This document shows, in pieces, positions 40,035-49,976 of a stretch of 64,000 nt of DNA (positions are counted from its first letter, which is position 1; the number at the start of each line of letters is the position of its first letter). The DNA is from Spirochaetia bacterium (lineage in GTDB: Bacteria; Spirochaetota; Spirochaetia; SZUA-6; Bin103). A program made the position numbers and the translations under genes. Where the stretch lies: positions 1,184,001 to 1,248,000 of the forward strand of contig CBDBOV010000004.1 in NCBI GenBank assembly GCA_965208575.1. The letters are read 5' to 3'. Under the pieces are notes generated by a model. It had not been told where the DNA came from and did not search any database. It saw only the letters and a list, made by a program, of their open reading frames with translations.

Positions 40035-41126
40035 TCAATTTGAGCGAGGCCCTCGCAACTCCCCGGACGGTGCGTGGTCGATGCGCGGGATCAGGCCTTC
40101 GATCTCCTCGCGGTAGGCGAACAGGGCCGGGGTGCCGCCGGTGTGGACGAACACCACCGCCTGCTCCCCTGTGTAGCGGCCGGCGCGGATGTCGGCGATC
40201 AGGGCGGCCATCGCCTTGGCGGTGTACACCGGGTCGAGCAGGATGCCCTCCAGACGCGCCGCCAGCGCCAGGGCCGCCATCGCATCCGGAGACGCCTGCC
40301 CGTATCCGGGACCGACGTGGCGGTCGTCCACCTGAACGTCGGCTGCCGTCAGATCGGGCGGCAGGCCGAGCAACTCGGCGGCCCGGTTTGCCAACTCCGC
40401 GATCGATGCCGCCTCGTCCCACGGCCAGCGGATCGGCAGCACGTTGCGCACCAGGCCGGCGGTGGCAAGGTGAGCGGCGCCGAGCGTGAGTCCCGCGCCG
40501 GTGGCGCCGGCGGCGCTCACGTACACCGCGGCGGGGGCGACCCGCCGCTCAGCGAGCTGTTCATCGAGTTCGGCCATGGCCAGGACGTAGCTCACCGCGG
40601 CGCGGCCCCACAGCGCGCGCGACTGCACGTACACGGTGCGCCCGGCGGCACGGAACTGTGCGGCGCGCTCGGCCATCAGCCTGTCCAGGTCCGGCCCCAG
40701 GGCGGCCTCGGTAAACTCGTAGCTGGCGCCGGCGATGTGGTCGAGCAGCAGGTTGCCCTGCAACTCGGTGGCGGCGTGGCCGCGGGACAGCACGAGGTGG
40801 ATGTCGAGGCCGAGTCTGGCGCAGGCGGCGGCCGTCTGGCGGCAGTTGTTGGACTGCACCCCCGCGCCCCACACGACCAGGTCGGCGCCCTGGTCGAGCG
40901 CCTCGCCGAGCAGGAATTCGTTGTGGCGCGTCTTGTTGCCGCCGAACGCGAGGCCGGTGCAGTCGTCGCGCTTGATGAACAGGCGCGGCCCGCCGAGGTG
41001 GGCCGCGAGCCGCGGCATCTCCTCCAGCGGGGTGGGCAGATGCGCCAGCGGCACGCGTGGCAGGCGGGCCGCGCGCCGGCGCAGGTCGCTACCGGCCGCC
41101 GCGCTACCCGCAGCGTGAGGGGACAT
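40035..41126 (-). CDS. D-cysteine desulfhydrase/ACC deaminase family PLP enzyme
   Basis: PTPL, IKRDDCTGLAFGGNKTR, QSNNCR, GNLLLD, LDPVYTAKA, HTGG. Confidence 0.92.
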   Translation of the reverse strand: MSPHAAGSAAAGSDLRRRAARLPRVPLAHLPTPLEEMPRLAAHLGGPRLFIKRDDCTGLAFGGNKTRHNEFLLGEALDQGADLVVWGAGVQSNNCRQTAAACARLGLDIHLVLSRGHAATELQGNLLLDHIAGASYEFTEAALGPDLDRLMAERAAQFRAAGRTVYVQSRALWGRAAVSYVLAMAELDEQLAERRVAPAAVYVSAAGATGAGLTLGAAHLATAGLVRNVLPIRWPWDEAASIAELANRAAELLGLPPDLTAADVQVDDRHVGPGYGQASPDAMAALALAARLEGILLDPVYTAKAMAALIADIRAGRYTGEQAVVFVHTGGTPALFAYREEIEGLIPRIDHAPSGELRGPRSN

Positions 41127-41974
41127 CAGCCGGACGCCGACGCGACCGGCTGCCGGTTGGGCGTGCGCTCCAACAGGCACTGCGGCCACACGATGGAGCG
41201 CCGGCGCGGCGTGAGCCGGTCCAGCAGTGCCGGCGACGGCTGGTAGCCGTGCCGGAAGTTGCCCCACGACGGCCCGTAGCGGTTCACCAGGATGCGGCGT
41301 TCGCCCGCGTTCTCGCGCCGCGCCGAGCCGTGCGTGCAGCAGTCCACGAACAGCAGCGCATCGCCGGCGCGCAGGTGCACTTCCAGGCTGCCCTCGATCC
41401 GCTCCGCCGACGGCCGCTCTTCGACGCCCATCGAGTAGGAGGTAAAGTCGGGATGCTCGAAGTTGCTCTTGTGGGAGCCGGGAATCAGCACCGTGCCGCC
41501 GTCGCCGGGGCCGATGTCGGTGAGCGCAACCAGGACGTTGATCTGGTTGCAGTGGAACTTGCCGCCGAGGTAGCGGAACTGACAGCGGCTCAGCCCCAGG
41601 TGGCCGCCGTTGTGCAGGCCGATCGCCTCGCCCGGACCGCGGAAGTTGACGAAGTTCTCGTCGATGAACAGCGGCCCGTGGTGCTCGTCGAAGCTGTGTT
41701 CGCCGCCGACGAAGTGGCGCACCTTGTCGAACCAGGAGGGATGGTCGATGAGGCGCTCGAACGGTGCGCCCGCCTCGTAGATCTGCTGATAGTTCAGCCC
41801 GTCACGGTCGCCGAAGGTGTGCGCGTGCACGTAGCCGTACCACTCGCCCACCTGCAACCGCGGCATGGCGTCGAGACAGTCGTTCAGGTCCTGCACTTCG
41901 CCGCGGGACAGGGCCCCCTGCAGGACGAGAAACCCGCGCAGATCGAAGAAGTAGATGTCGCGGTCGGTCACCAT
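41126..41974 (-). CDS. Phytanoyl-CoA dioxygenase (PhyH) family protein
   Basis: FFDLRGFLVL, ALTDIGPGDGGTVLIPGSHKS, AGDALLF...HGS. Confidence 0.88.
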   Translation of the reverse strand: MVTDRDIYFFDLRGFLVLQGALSRGEVQDLNDCLDAMPRLQVGEWYGYVHAHTFGDRDGLNYQQIYEAGAPFERLIDHPSWFDKVRHFVGGEHSFDEHHGPLFIDENFVNFRGPGEAIGLHNGGHLGLSRCQFRYLGGKFHCNQINVLVALTDIGPGDGGTVLIPGSHKSNFEHPDFTSYSMGVEERPSAERIEGSLEVHLRAGDALLFVDCCTHGSARRENAGERRILVNRYGPSWGNFRHGYQPSPALLDRLTPRRRSIVWPQCLLERTPNRQPVASASG

Positions 41975-42111
41975 ACGCCGACGGATGGTAGGGACAGCCT
42001 CCGCGCGCCGTCAAGGGCGCCCAACCTGGCAGTGACTCGCCATGCCGCACGCTGCTGCGCTGGAATCCGAGCCGGGCAGCGGCGGCGCTTCCAACACGGC
42101 CATCGATGCCG

Positions 42112-42774
42112 CTACACCGGAGTTGCCCGGTCCAGCAGCGAGGTGACGATGCGGTAGGTCATGCCCCAGATCAGGTGGCGCCCGAAGCGCACCGCCGGCA
42201 GCCGCCGGGTGCCGCCGTTCCGGGTCAACGGCAACACCGTGCGCTGACCCGGGTCGCGCAGGTGGCGCACGGCGATCCAGTAGGCGGCGGCGACCTCCGC
42301 GGGGTCGACGGTCAACTCCGGCGGCTCGCCTTCGAGGTGGAACGCGAACGGCGCTACCGAGCCGCCGATCGGATGTCCGCCCCGGACCATGGGAATCGGC
42401 GGCAGCGCGCCGAGGTAGCGGGCGCGTGCCAGGGCGAGGCCCACCTCTTCACGCGTCTCGCGCACCGCCGCCGCGCACAGGCTGGCGTCGACCGGCGCGG
42501 CCCGGCCGCCGGGAAGCGCCATCTGCCCGGACCAGGGGTCGCGCGGATGGGTGGCGCGGCGAATGAAGCACAGCCGCAGGTCGGTGTCGCTGCCGGCGAA
42601 CACCAGCGCCACCGCGGCTTGATCCGCGGGCGAGCGGCGCGCGCGCCGACCCTCAGGGCCTGTTGACCGCGGTTGCGGCGTTACGTCCACGGTCGGCGGG
42701 GCGGAGCCGCCGGACAGGCGCACGTCGTGGGTGCCCGCCTCGGCGATTGCAGCTTCGATGGCGGCAATGGTCAT
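42112..42774 (-). CDS. NUDIX hydrolase, CoA pyrophosphatase type
   Basis: AAVAL, WSGQMALPGG, AAVRETREEVGL Nudix box, IWGMTYRI. Confidence 0.9.
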   Translation of the reverse strand: MTIAAIEAAIAEAGTHDVRLSGGSAPPTVDVTPQPRSTGPEGRRARRSPADQAAVALVFAGSDTDLRLCFIRRATHPRDPWSGQMALPGGRAAPVDASLCAAAVRETREEVGLALARARYLGALPPIPMVRGGHPIGGSVAPFAFHLEGEPPELTVDPAEVAAAYWIAVRHLRDPGQRTVLPLTRNGGTRRLPAVRFGRHLIWGMTYRIVTSLLDRATPV

Positions 42775-43331
42775 CGCCGTAGCGTACCGCGCCGCGCCGG
42801 GACGGTCATCAATCACGGCGTGTGACTGGTCGGACTCGGCGCGAAGTTGACTGCACGCCGTCAGGGCATGTTCATGACGCGCGGCGCCGTGGCGAGGCCG
42901 GACGGCGAGGCCGGTCATGCCGGGCAACGCAAGGGCGCGCGCGCCGAGGATGCCCTGCTCGGCCTGGGAATGGGCTGGTGCACGTGGAGGGGTTGAGCTA
43001 CCGCAGCGTGCCGGCTGCCGGTCCCTCACGCTGCCTATTGCCTCACGTAAAAATCTAACCTTACGGTGAGCGTGCCTCACGTAAGAATCTAACCGAAAGG
43101 GAGGCGGAGAACGAGGGGGGAGCGCGAGGGGGGAGACTCATAAATTGTGGATAAGTGGATAGGCTGCTGGGCGACCGGCCGGGTTGATTCAAGCACACCA
43201 ACGCGACCGGGGGCGTATCTGGTTGGTCGGCGCGGATGAGGAGGCGTCAACGGCAGGGAGGTGGTCGGTGCCGTGTCGTGTCGCTGACCGAAGAGGGGGC
43301 GGACGGGTCTGGAGGCGACTTCGGTGCTGGT

Positions 43332-43395
43332 GACACGGGGATGTCCAGACACCACCTCGTGTCGCGGAGAGGCCTTACAGCGCGGCTGAGGCGAC
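43332..43395. repeat. Copy A of a 64-bp structured direct repeat
   Basis: 60/64 identical to 45304-45367 by hand alignment; weaker similarity continues about 65 bp further. Confidence 0.92.
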
Positions 43396-43740
43396 ATTTC
43401 TTGACGCCGACCGTCTGGCTCACGGATATACGGGCGTCAGAGACGCTCAGAAGTCATTTGCCGAGCCGGGTGATGCCGCCCACGCCGCGAGCGGCGCGCA
43501 GGTTGCTGCGGAGCGCACGGAGCGAGGCGCCCCGGACAACTGCACCGAGGTGCGTTGCCCGGGGCAGGGTCATGACAATTCCCCACCGCCGGGACGGGGT
43601 AGGCGACGAGGTTGCGACACCGGAGCCGTCGGGATCGAACGGGGCGGAGGAGATGCTGTACCCCGCTGACGGACGGAGGGCGTAGCCCGACCGGAGTCAG
43701 CCGGCGCGGTGCCGTGGAGGCCACCGTGGACGACGCCGAG

Positions 43741-45285
43741 ATGGCGGACCAGGCAGCCAAGCTGCTCGCTTCCGGGATGAGCGGCTCAGCCTGCGCTCGC
43801 GAACTCGGCATCCCGGTGAGCACCTTCAACGAGAACCGCCGCGCCGGCGTCATCACAGATCCCACCCGGGAGCCCGCCGCCAGCGCCGAGGTTGCGCCGG
43901 CGGCCACCACCACTGATCACCCGGTCAGCACCGCCGCCGCGGTCAGCGACCCGGCGGTCGCCACTGAGCGCGCCAGCCGCGACGCCCGCGACAAGCACGC
44001 GCCCATGGGCCGCGCGGCGCGCGACGTGGAACGCCGCACGCTCGCCAGAGCCGGCCTGCTGACCGAGGCCACACCAGCGTTCGTCGAGCCCGCCCACGCG
44101 GTCGCTGGCGGCGGCGTGCTGGCCGCACTGGCGATGCTGCTGCGCGAGGGCCTGCTCACCGCCGCCAACCGCCTGTTCCGCCTGCCGGCCGGATTCTACG
44201 GCCTGACCACCATCCTCCTGTTCGTCGCCTGCATGACCCTGGCCCGGGTGCGCAACCCCGAGAGCCTGCGCTACCAGGCACCCGGCGAGTGGGGCGCCAT
44301 CCTCGGCCTCGACCGCTGTCCGGAGACCAAGACGCTGCGCCGCAAGATCAGGCTGCTGGCCAGCGCCGAGCACACCGTGCGCGATTGGCAATCGGTACTG
44401 GCGCGTACCTGGGCCAGCGAGCACGACGACGACTGGACGACGCTGGCCGTGGATGGCCACGTGAAGGTGTACACCGGGCGCAACGGGCGGTTGCCGAAAC
44501 ACTTCGTCGCACGCCAGAAGCTGTGTCTGCCGGCGTCGGTGAGCTACTGGATCAACGCCCTCGGCGGCGCACCGCTGCTGTGCCTGCACAAGGCGCTGGA
44601 CCCGAAGCCGGTGAATGCGATCAAGCACGACGTGGTGCCGCAGTTGCAGCACCTGGGGGTGGTGACCGAAGCGGCCCCCGACCTGACCGGAGCACCGGCC
44701 GGTACCCCGCAGCTGACCCTGGTGTTCGACCGCGAGGGCTGGAGCCCGGACCTGTTCAAGCGCCTGGCCCGGCGTGGCATCGCCTGCATCACCTGGCACA
44801 AGAACTTCAACGGCGCGGACTGGCTGCCGGAAGACTTCCACACCTTCGAGGTACCGATCCATGGTCCCGCCGGCACCAGCACGACTGCGGTTGATCTGGC
44901 CGAGCAGCCGATCATGCTGCGCAACGGGCTGGTGGTGCGCCAGATCCGGCGGCGTCTGGCCAACGGTCGTCAGGTGGCGGTGATCACCACGCACCCGCAG
45001 ATGCCGTTGGCGCAGGTCGCCGGCGCCATGTTCTCGCGCTGGTCGCAGGAGAACTTCTTCAAGTACCTGCGCGAGCAGTTCAACCTTGACGCGCTGCCGA
45101 GCCATGACCTTGCGCCGCCGGAGCCCGACGCACGGGTCGTGAACCGGTGCGCCGGGCCCTGGAAAAGAGCATCAGGCGGGTACGCAGCCGGCTGGCAGCG
45201 GTCCGCAATCGCCTCGCCGAGGCACTGCAGGGACGGCACCGGGACTCCGCCACCCGGCTTACGGTCGCGGATAAAGTTGCACTGA
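43741..45285 (+). pseudogene. Broken DDE transposase of a second family (frameshifted and truncated)
   Basis: HTH (ARELGIPVST), PGEWGAILGLDRCPETKTLRRK, VDGHVKVY, VFDREGWS, FSRWSQENFFKY; frame breaks near 45145 (continues RRALEKSIRR in another frame) and ends near 45270. Confidence 0.8.
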
Positions 45286-45303
45286 ATTGCATGGTTATGC
45301 ATA

Positions 45304-45367
45304 GACACGGGGGTATCCAGACACCACCTCGTGTCGTGGAGGGGCCTTACAGCGCGGCTGAGGCGAC
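45304..45367. repeat. Copy B of the 64-bp structured direct repeat, just 3' of the intact transposase
   Basis: GACACGGGGGTATCCAGACACCACCTCGTGTCGTGGAGGGGCCTTACAGCGCGGCTGAGGCGAC. Confidence 0.92.
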
Positions 45368-45427
45368 GTTTTCTCATCGCTGACCGCCCATTCTCCGATT
45401 ATCGACCGTCAGACCCGCCTGAGAGGG

Positions 45428-46702
45428 TCATTTTGCCGTGCGACCGCTGCCACCACGCTCCTCGCTCGGTGTTTGCACCGTGCTTGGTGCGGCCTTGGCG
45501 GTCTTGCTGACGTTCAGCTGCAGCAGATCCTCGGTCAACCTGGTCAGCTCGCGCTTGAGGGCGACCGGATTCAACGTCGCGTACTGCTGCTTGAGGCGGT
45601 TCTTCACCTTCTCGCTCACCGACTCGGAGGCCAGCATGCGGTGATACGGCGTCTGCGGGTCGTCATAGATGCGGCGCACCTTGCTGCCGGTGCGGGTTTT
45701 CTTCACCAGCTTCACCGAGGGATAGAAGAAGTTCACCAGCAGGCACAGCGGGCGGTATATCGCGTTGAGGGCAGCCAGTTCCCGGTCGGTGTCGTAACGC
45801 AGGTGGCCGACCGCCCGTCGCACCACGTGGCCATTCTTCTGCTCGACGTAGCAGGTGTCGTTCTTGCGATGCGGGCGACCCCGAGTGAACGTGATGCCGT
45901 GCGCTTCGCAATAGCGCAGCAAATGATGATTGATGAACTCGCTGCCGTTGTCGGTGTCGATCCCCCGCATCACGATCGGCAGGCTCTGCCGGGCAGCGTC
46001 GATCGCCTCGTGGGTCCAGCGCTGCGCCTTGTTCTGCACGCCGTACAGGTCGACCCAGCCGGTGTCAACGTCGGTGATGGTGAGCGTGTGGCAGAAGTCG
46101 CCTGACGCGTTGCCGCCTTCATGGCCCACCAAGTCGATCTCGAAGAAGCCCGGCTCCTGCTCGTCCCAGTCAGCGAAGGTTCGGATCGCGATCTGATCCT
46201 TCAGGAGGGTGCCCGGCTTGGTGTGCGTGCGACCCTTCAGGCGCAGCCGTGCGCGCTCCTGCTGCAGCAGCCGGTCGATGGTCGCGGCGCTGATGGTCTG
46301 CAGCTTGCCGCGCACCGCTGCGGTCAGCTCGATCTCGCCGAACGACTCCAGCGTCGGCAGCATGGTGCGCAGCACGACCACCAGGCGCTTGCCGCACATG
46401 CAGTCGAACACGTACCAGATCAGCTTCAGAGCGACCAGCACCTCCTGGTCGTAGCGCCGCGGTCGCACGCGGCGCTGGGCAGGCCGCGGACGCCCGACCA
46501 CCAGCTTCACCAGTGTGCCGTCGACTCGCACCATGCGGGTCCGTCCCCACCAGGTCAACAGATGGATCGCGTACTTGCGCTGGTACCCGGTCGACTCGAC
46601 GAACTCGTCGAGTATGCGCCCCTTCTCCTTCTTGCCCGCCCGACGATACCGCTGCGCGTGCTGCTCGGTGAGCTCTCGCCTTGAACTCATCTTCAACCCC
46701 AT
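45428..46702 (-). CDS. DDE transposase with integrase core (ISNCY-like), intact
   Basis: RYRRAGKKEKGRILDEF, CGKRL, ISAATIDRLL, PGFFEIDLVGH, DTDNGSEFIN, RKND.CYVEQKN. Confidence 0.92.
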   Translation of the reverse strand: MGLKMSSRRELTEQHAQRYRRAGKKEKGRILDEFVESTGYQRKYAIHLLTWWGRTRMVRVDGTLVKLVVGRPRPAQRRVRPRRYDQEVLVALKLIWYVFDCMCGKRLVVVLRTMLPTLESFGEIELTAAVRGKLQTISAATIDRLLQQERARLRLKGRTHTKPGTLLKDQIAIRTFADWDEQEPGFFEIDLVGHEGGNASGDFCHTLTITDVDTGWVDLYGVQNKAQRWTHEAIDAARQSLPIVMRGIDTDNGSEFINHHLLRYCEAHGITFTRGRPHRKNDTCYVEQKNGHVVRRAVGHLRYDTDRELAALNAIYRPLCLLVNFFYPSVKLVKKTRTGSKVRRIYDDPQTPYHRMLASESVSEKVKNRLKQQYATLNPVALKRELTRLTEDLLQLNVSKTAKAAPSTVQTPSEERGGSGRTAK

Positions 46703-46878
46703 CTCCTCCGGAACCTCCTCACGTCCCTCGGAGAGGCTCCAACCGGACCCGGAAGGTCCAGCCCGTTCGGTTAGATTTTTAGATGAGGCATGCTTTCGCT
46801 ACGGTTAGATTTTCGATGAGTCAATGCGCGCTGTTGACGCGGGCGGCGCTCGGCGCGATGCTGGACGGCGAGACCGAC

Positions 46879-47739
46879 ATGTTGACTGCAAAGCAGGTAC
46901 GGCAGTACCACGACGACGGCTACCTGGCGGTACCGGATGTTCTCAGCGGCGACGAGGTCGCGGAACTGCAGCGTGTGACCGACGAGCTGGTGGAAGCCAG
47001 CCGGAACGTCGGCGCGCACACCGAACTATACGACCTGGAACCGAGCCACTCACCCGCCGAGCCGCGTGTGCGGCGCCTCAAGAGTCCCAACCTTCACCAC
47101 GACGTATACGACCGCACGCTGCGCCACGCCGCCATCGTCGCGATCGTGGATCAACTCATCGGCCCCGGCGTGCGCTACCAGTCCACCAAGCTGAACATGA
47201 AGTCGGCCGGTTACGGGAGCCCGGTGGAGTGGCACCAGGACTGGGCGTTCTACCCGCACACCAACGACGACATCCTGGCGGTGGGCGTGGCCATCGACGC
47301 CATGACCGAGGACAACGGCGCCATGATGGTGGTGCCGGGCAGCCACCGCGGGCCGCTGTACGATCACCACCAGGACGGCTACTTCGTGGGCGCCGTGACC
47401 GACCGCGACGTGGACCCGGGGGAGGCGGTGCTGCTGGAGGTTCCGGCCGGCGGCATCTCCCTGCACCACGTGCGCACCCTGCACGGCTCGGCCCCCAACC
47501 GGTCGTCGCGGCCGCGACGGCTGCTGCTGCTGGAAATGTGCGCCGTCGATGCCTGGCCGCTGGCGAGGCCGGTGGAGTGGGAGTCGTTCAACGGCCGCAT
47601 TCTGCGCGGCGCGCCGACCAACACGCCGCGGGTCACGCCGGTGCCGGTGCGCATCCCCCTGCCCAACCATGAGCGCCAGGGATCGATCTACGAGGTGCAG
47701 AGCAAGCTGGCCGACCCGGTCCTCGCGGGAGCCGGATAG
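46879..47739 (+). CDS. PhyH family dioxygenase
   Basis: YHDDGYL, KLNMK, WHQD (HxD), VVPGSH, LHGSAPNRS. Confidence 0.93.
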   Translation: MLTAKQVRQYHDDGYLAVPDVLSGDEVAELQRVTDELVEASRNVGAHTELYDLEPSHSPAEPRVRRLKSPNLHHDVYDRTLRHAAIVAIVDQLIGPGVRYQSTKLNMKSAGYGSPVEWHQDWAFYPHTNDDILAVGVAIDAMTEDNGAMMVVPGSHRGPLYDHHQDGYFVGAVTDRDVDPGEAVLLEVPAGGISLHHVRTLHGSAPNRSSRPRRLLLLEMCAVDAWPLARPVEWESFNGRILRGAPTNTPRVTPVPVRIPLPNHERQGSIYEVQSKLADPVLAGAG

Positions 47740-47746
47740 CAGCCGC

Positions 47747-49825
47747 TCAGCCCGCGACGGCGCAATTCACGTCCACCGTCACCGGGGCGGCGACGGTGCG
47801 GCGCAGTTGCACCAGCATGCCGGCCGGGGCCGGCCACCGCTGCCAACGGAACTCCGTGCCCACCGTCAGCGGGGCGCCGTCCACCATGCACGCGACGGCC
47901 TCCGGCCTGCCGACGGCCGCTGCCGCCGCGCACGTGTCGCCGGCAATCGCGGCATCCTGGTCGCGCCCGGCGCCCGGACCGCTGATCAGGAATACCGGCT
48001 GCGCGCGCGCGACCGGCCCGGGGTCGAAGGTGAAGCGGGATTGCCCGGCCACCGCCTGCAGGCGGTAGGCGCCGATGGCGCGGTCGAAACCGCCGGCGAG
48101 CGCGGCCCGGTCGGCCGGCTGCTCGCGTTCCGCGTCCGCGTCGAGCAGTGCGCCGCGGTGGGCGGTCAGCCGCGCTGGCACCTGGAACTGGTCGCGCAAC
48201 AGCAGGGCGGCGGCCTCCGCGGCAGCCGTGTGCGCGGTCGCCAGCCAGCTTACCGCGATCCAGAAGCCGTACTCGACGCCGGGTACGGTGGGTGCGACGC
48301 GCAGGCCGTAGCTGGCGGTGAGGCCGCGCGGGCAACGCCAGCCGAGTACCCGTCCCGGCGCAGCGCCGCCGACGTGGCTGAGCCCGCCGAGCGCGGCAAC
48401 CAGGTGCCAGGCAGCGCCAGCCACCCGCAACGGGAACACCAGCGCCGCGGGGTAGAGACGTGCGCAGGCGCCGGCGGCGAGCGTTGCCGTCAGGCCGCCC
48501 GCCGGCAGCTCCCAGGCGGCAAAGGAGCGCTCTTCGGCGGCGGCGATCCGCGCCGGCCCGCTCATGGCGCGCCCGAGCAGGTCGAAATCGGGCCCCACGC
48601 TGCGCCGCACCCGCACCGCCGCCCAGTCCGCCACCACCAGGCGGTCGTCGTAGCACACCGCGTGGCCGCGCGCGTAGCCGCGCACGTCGGCGTCCTGGTC
48701 GACGAAGCGCGGCATCGGTCCGCGCCAGCGCACCAGGTCGGCCACCGCGCCGCGCGCGAGCAGATCGAGCGCCGCCCCCTGCGTGAACTTGATCTCGGAG
48801 CCGCCGATGTGCCCCACCTGCAGGCCGCTCTCCCAGAACACGTTGTTGCGTGGATCGAGGCGCGCCGGCTGCTGCCCGGGGTCGGCGCACAGGTGGAGTT
48901 GGTGGACGTTGCCGGGCCGCACCACCGCCGCGTAGGCGCCGCGCCGCACCTCGTGGCGCGCCACCCACTGGCTGGACACCACGCCGAACGAGTGCCACAC
49001 CGCCGCCGCGGGACCGGCCTCGGCAAACAGGCCGACGATCTCCACGCCGGCCATGAAGCCGTCCTCGGCGCCCAGCAGCACGGCGCCGTCCAGCAGCACC
49101 TCGTGGCGCGTACCGTTGAAGTGCCAGCGCAACTCGCGCGGCGCCGCGGGCTCCGCGGCGGCCCGGGCCTGCGCCAGCGTACGCGGGCCGTGTTCGGGAT
49201 CGGCATCCGCGGCGCGCCGCAGCAGGCGCACGGCCAGGTGGCCGCGGCGGCTGCACAACTCCAGGCGCAGGTGGTGGGCGTCGTTGTAGTGGCGCGCGAT
49301 CAGCCCCCAGCGTTGCGGTGCCGGCGCAGCCGGCGCCGTGAAGCACGCCGTCACCGTGGCGTGCATGGCCGCGTCCACGAACAGGTAGGAGCACTCGCCC
49401 GGCCGGTCCGCCGCACCGCGCTCCGCGCCGTCGCGTCCCCGCCCGCCGGCTGCGCCGTCCGGCGCGATGCCGGCGGGCCCGCCGTCGCTTGCGCGCCACG
49501 CGCCGTCCCGGTGCCAGGCGGTGCCCGGCGGCATCCAGTCCGCCGGGGCCGCGTCGAAACGCGCCTCGATGCGGCGCCGTGCGACCACCTCGACCGCGCC
49601 GTCGGCGCCGGGTGCGCGGTAATGACCGGGCGGCAGTACGCTCCAGCCCCGGCCCGGTCCGCCGAAGCGGCCGTCGCGCACGTCCACGCACACCGCCGCG
49701 CGTCCGGCCGCGAGCGGATGGCTGCGCCACACCGCGCGGCCGGCGCCATCCGACACCACCACCACCTGTCCAGGCGTCGCCCCGCCGGGCAGCAGCAGCG
49801 TGGGGTTGCCGTGGCCGCTCGTCAT
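47747..49825 (-). CDS. Large hypothetical protein
   Basis: 692-aa ORF with globular Trp/Phe/His-rich composition; no family recognised. Confidence 0.6.
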   Translation of the reverse strand: MTSGHGNPTLLLPGGATPGQVVVVSDGAGRAVWRSHPLAAGRAAVCVDVRDGRFGGPGRGWSVLPPGHYRAPGADGAVEVVARRRIEARFDAAPADWMPPGTAWHRDGAWRASDGGPAGIAPDGAAGGRGRDGAERGAADRPGECSYLFVDAAMHATVTACFTAPAAPAPQRWGLIARHYNDAHHLRLELCSRRGHLAVRLLRRAADADPEHGPRTLAQARAAAEPAAPRELRWHFNGTRHEVLLDGAVLLGAEDGFMAGVEIVGLFAEAGPAAAVWHSFGVVSSQWVARHEVRRGAYAAVVRPGNVHQLHLCADPGQQPARLDPRNNVFWESGLQVGHIGGSEIKFTQGAALDLLARGAVADLVRWRGPMPRFVDQDADVRGYARGHAVCYDDRLVVADWAAVRVRRSVGPDFDLLGRAMSGPARIAAAEERSFAAWELPAGGLTATLAAGACARLYPAALVFPLRVAGAAWHLVAALGGLSHVGGAAPGRVLGWRCPRGLTASYGLRVAPTVPGVEYGFWIAVSWLATAHTAAAEAAALLLRDQFQVPARLTAHRGALLDADAEREQPADRAALAGGFDRAIGAYRLQAVAGQSRFTFDPGPVARAQPVFLISGPGAGRDQDAAIAGDTCAAAAAVGRPEAVACMVDGAPLTVGTEFRWQRWPAPAGMLVQLRRTVAAPVTVDVNCAVAG

Positions 49826-49976
49826 CCGCCGGCTCCGTCACGGCGGCCGATCCGGGCGCTCCGTCCGGTGCGGTTGCTTCGGCCGCCGCGGGCGCACCGG
49901 GCGTGATTTGCACAGCGCGCCGGAATCGCGTAACGTGCTTTCATATCGCTTGATCGGAACGACGGGAGGTCGCAAA

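Larger units (their letters stand above)
43034..46828 (-). mobile_element. Composite DDE insertion element (ISNCY-like), about 3.8 kb
   Basis: Two TGCCTCAnnTAAnAATCTAACC sites at left (43038-43060, 43072-43094) and two inverted copies at right (46769-46790, 46803-46824), 34-bp spacing at both ends; CGCTG direct repeat at 43029-43033 and 46829-46833. Confidence 0.8.

Noticed and set aside
45271-45305. AT-rich AGTTGCACTGAATTGCATGGTTATGCATA as a dif/Xer site
   Set aside because: Only a loose resemblance; arm lengths and spacer do not fit the 11-6-11 consensus.
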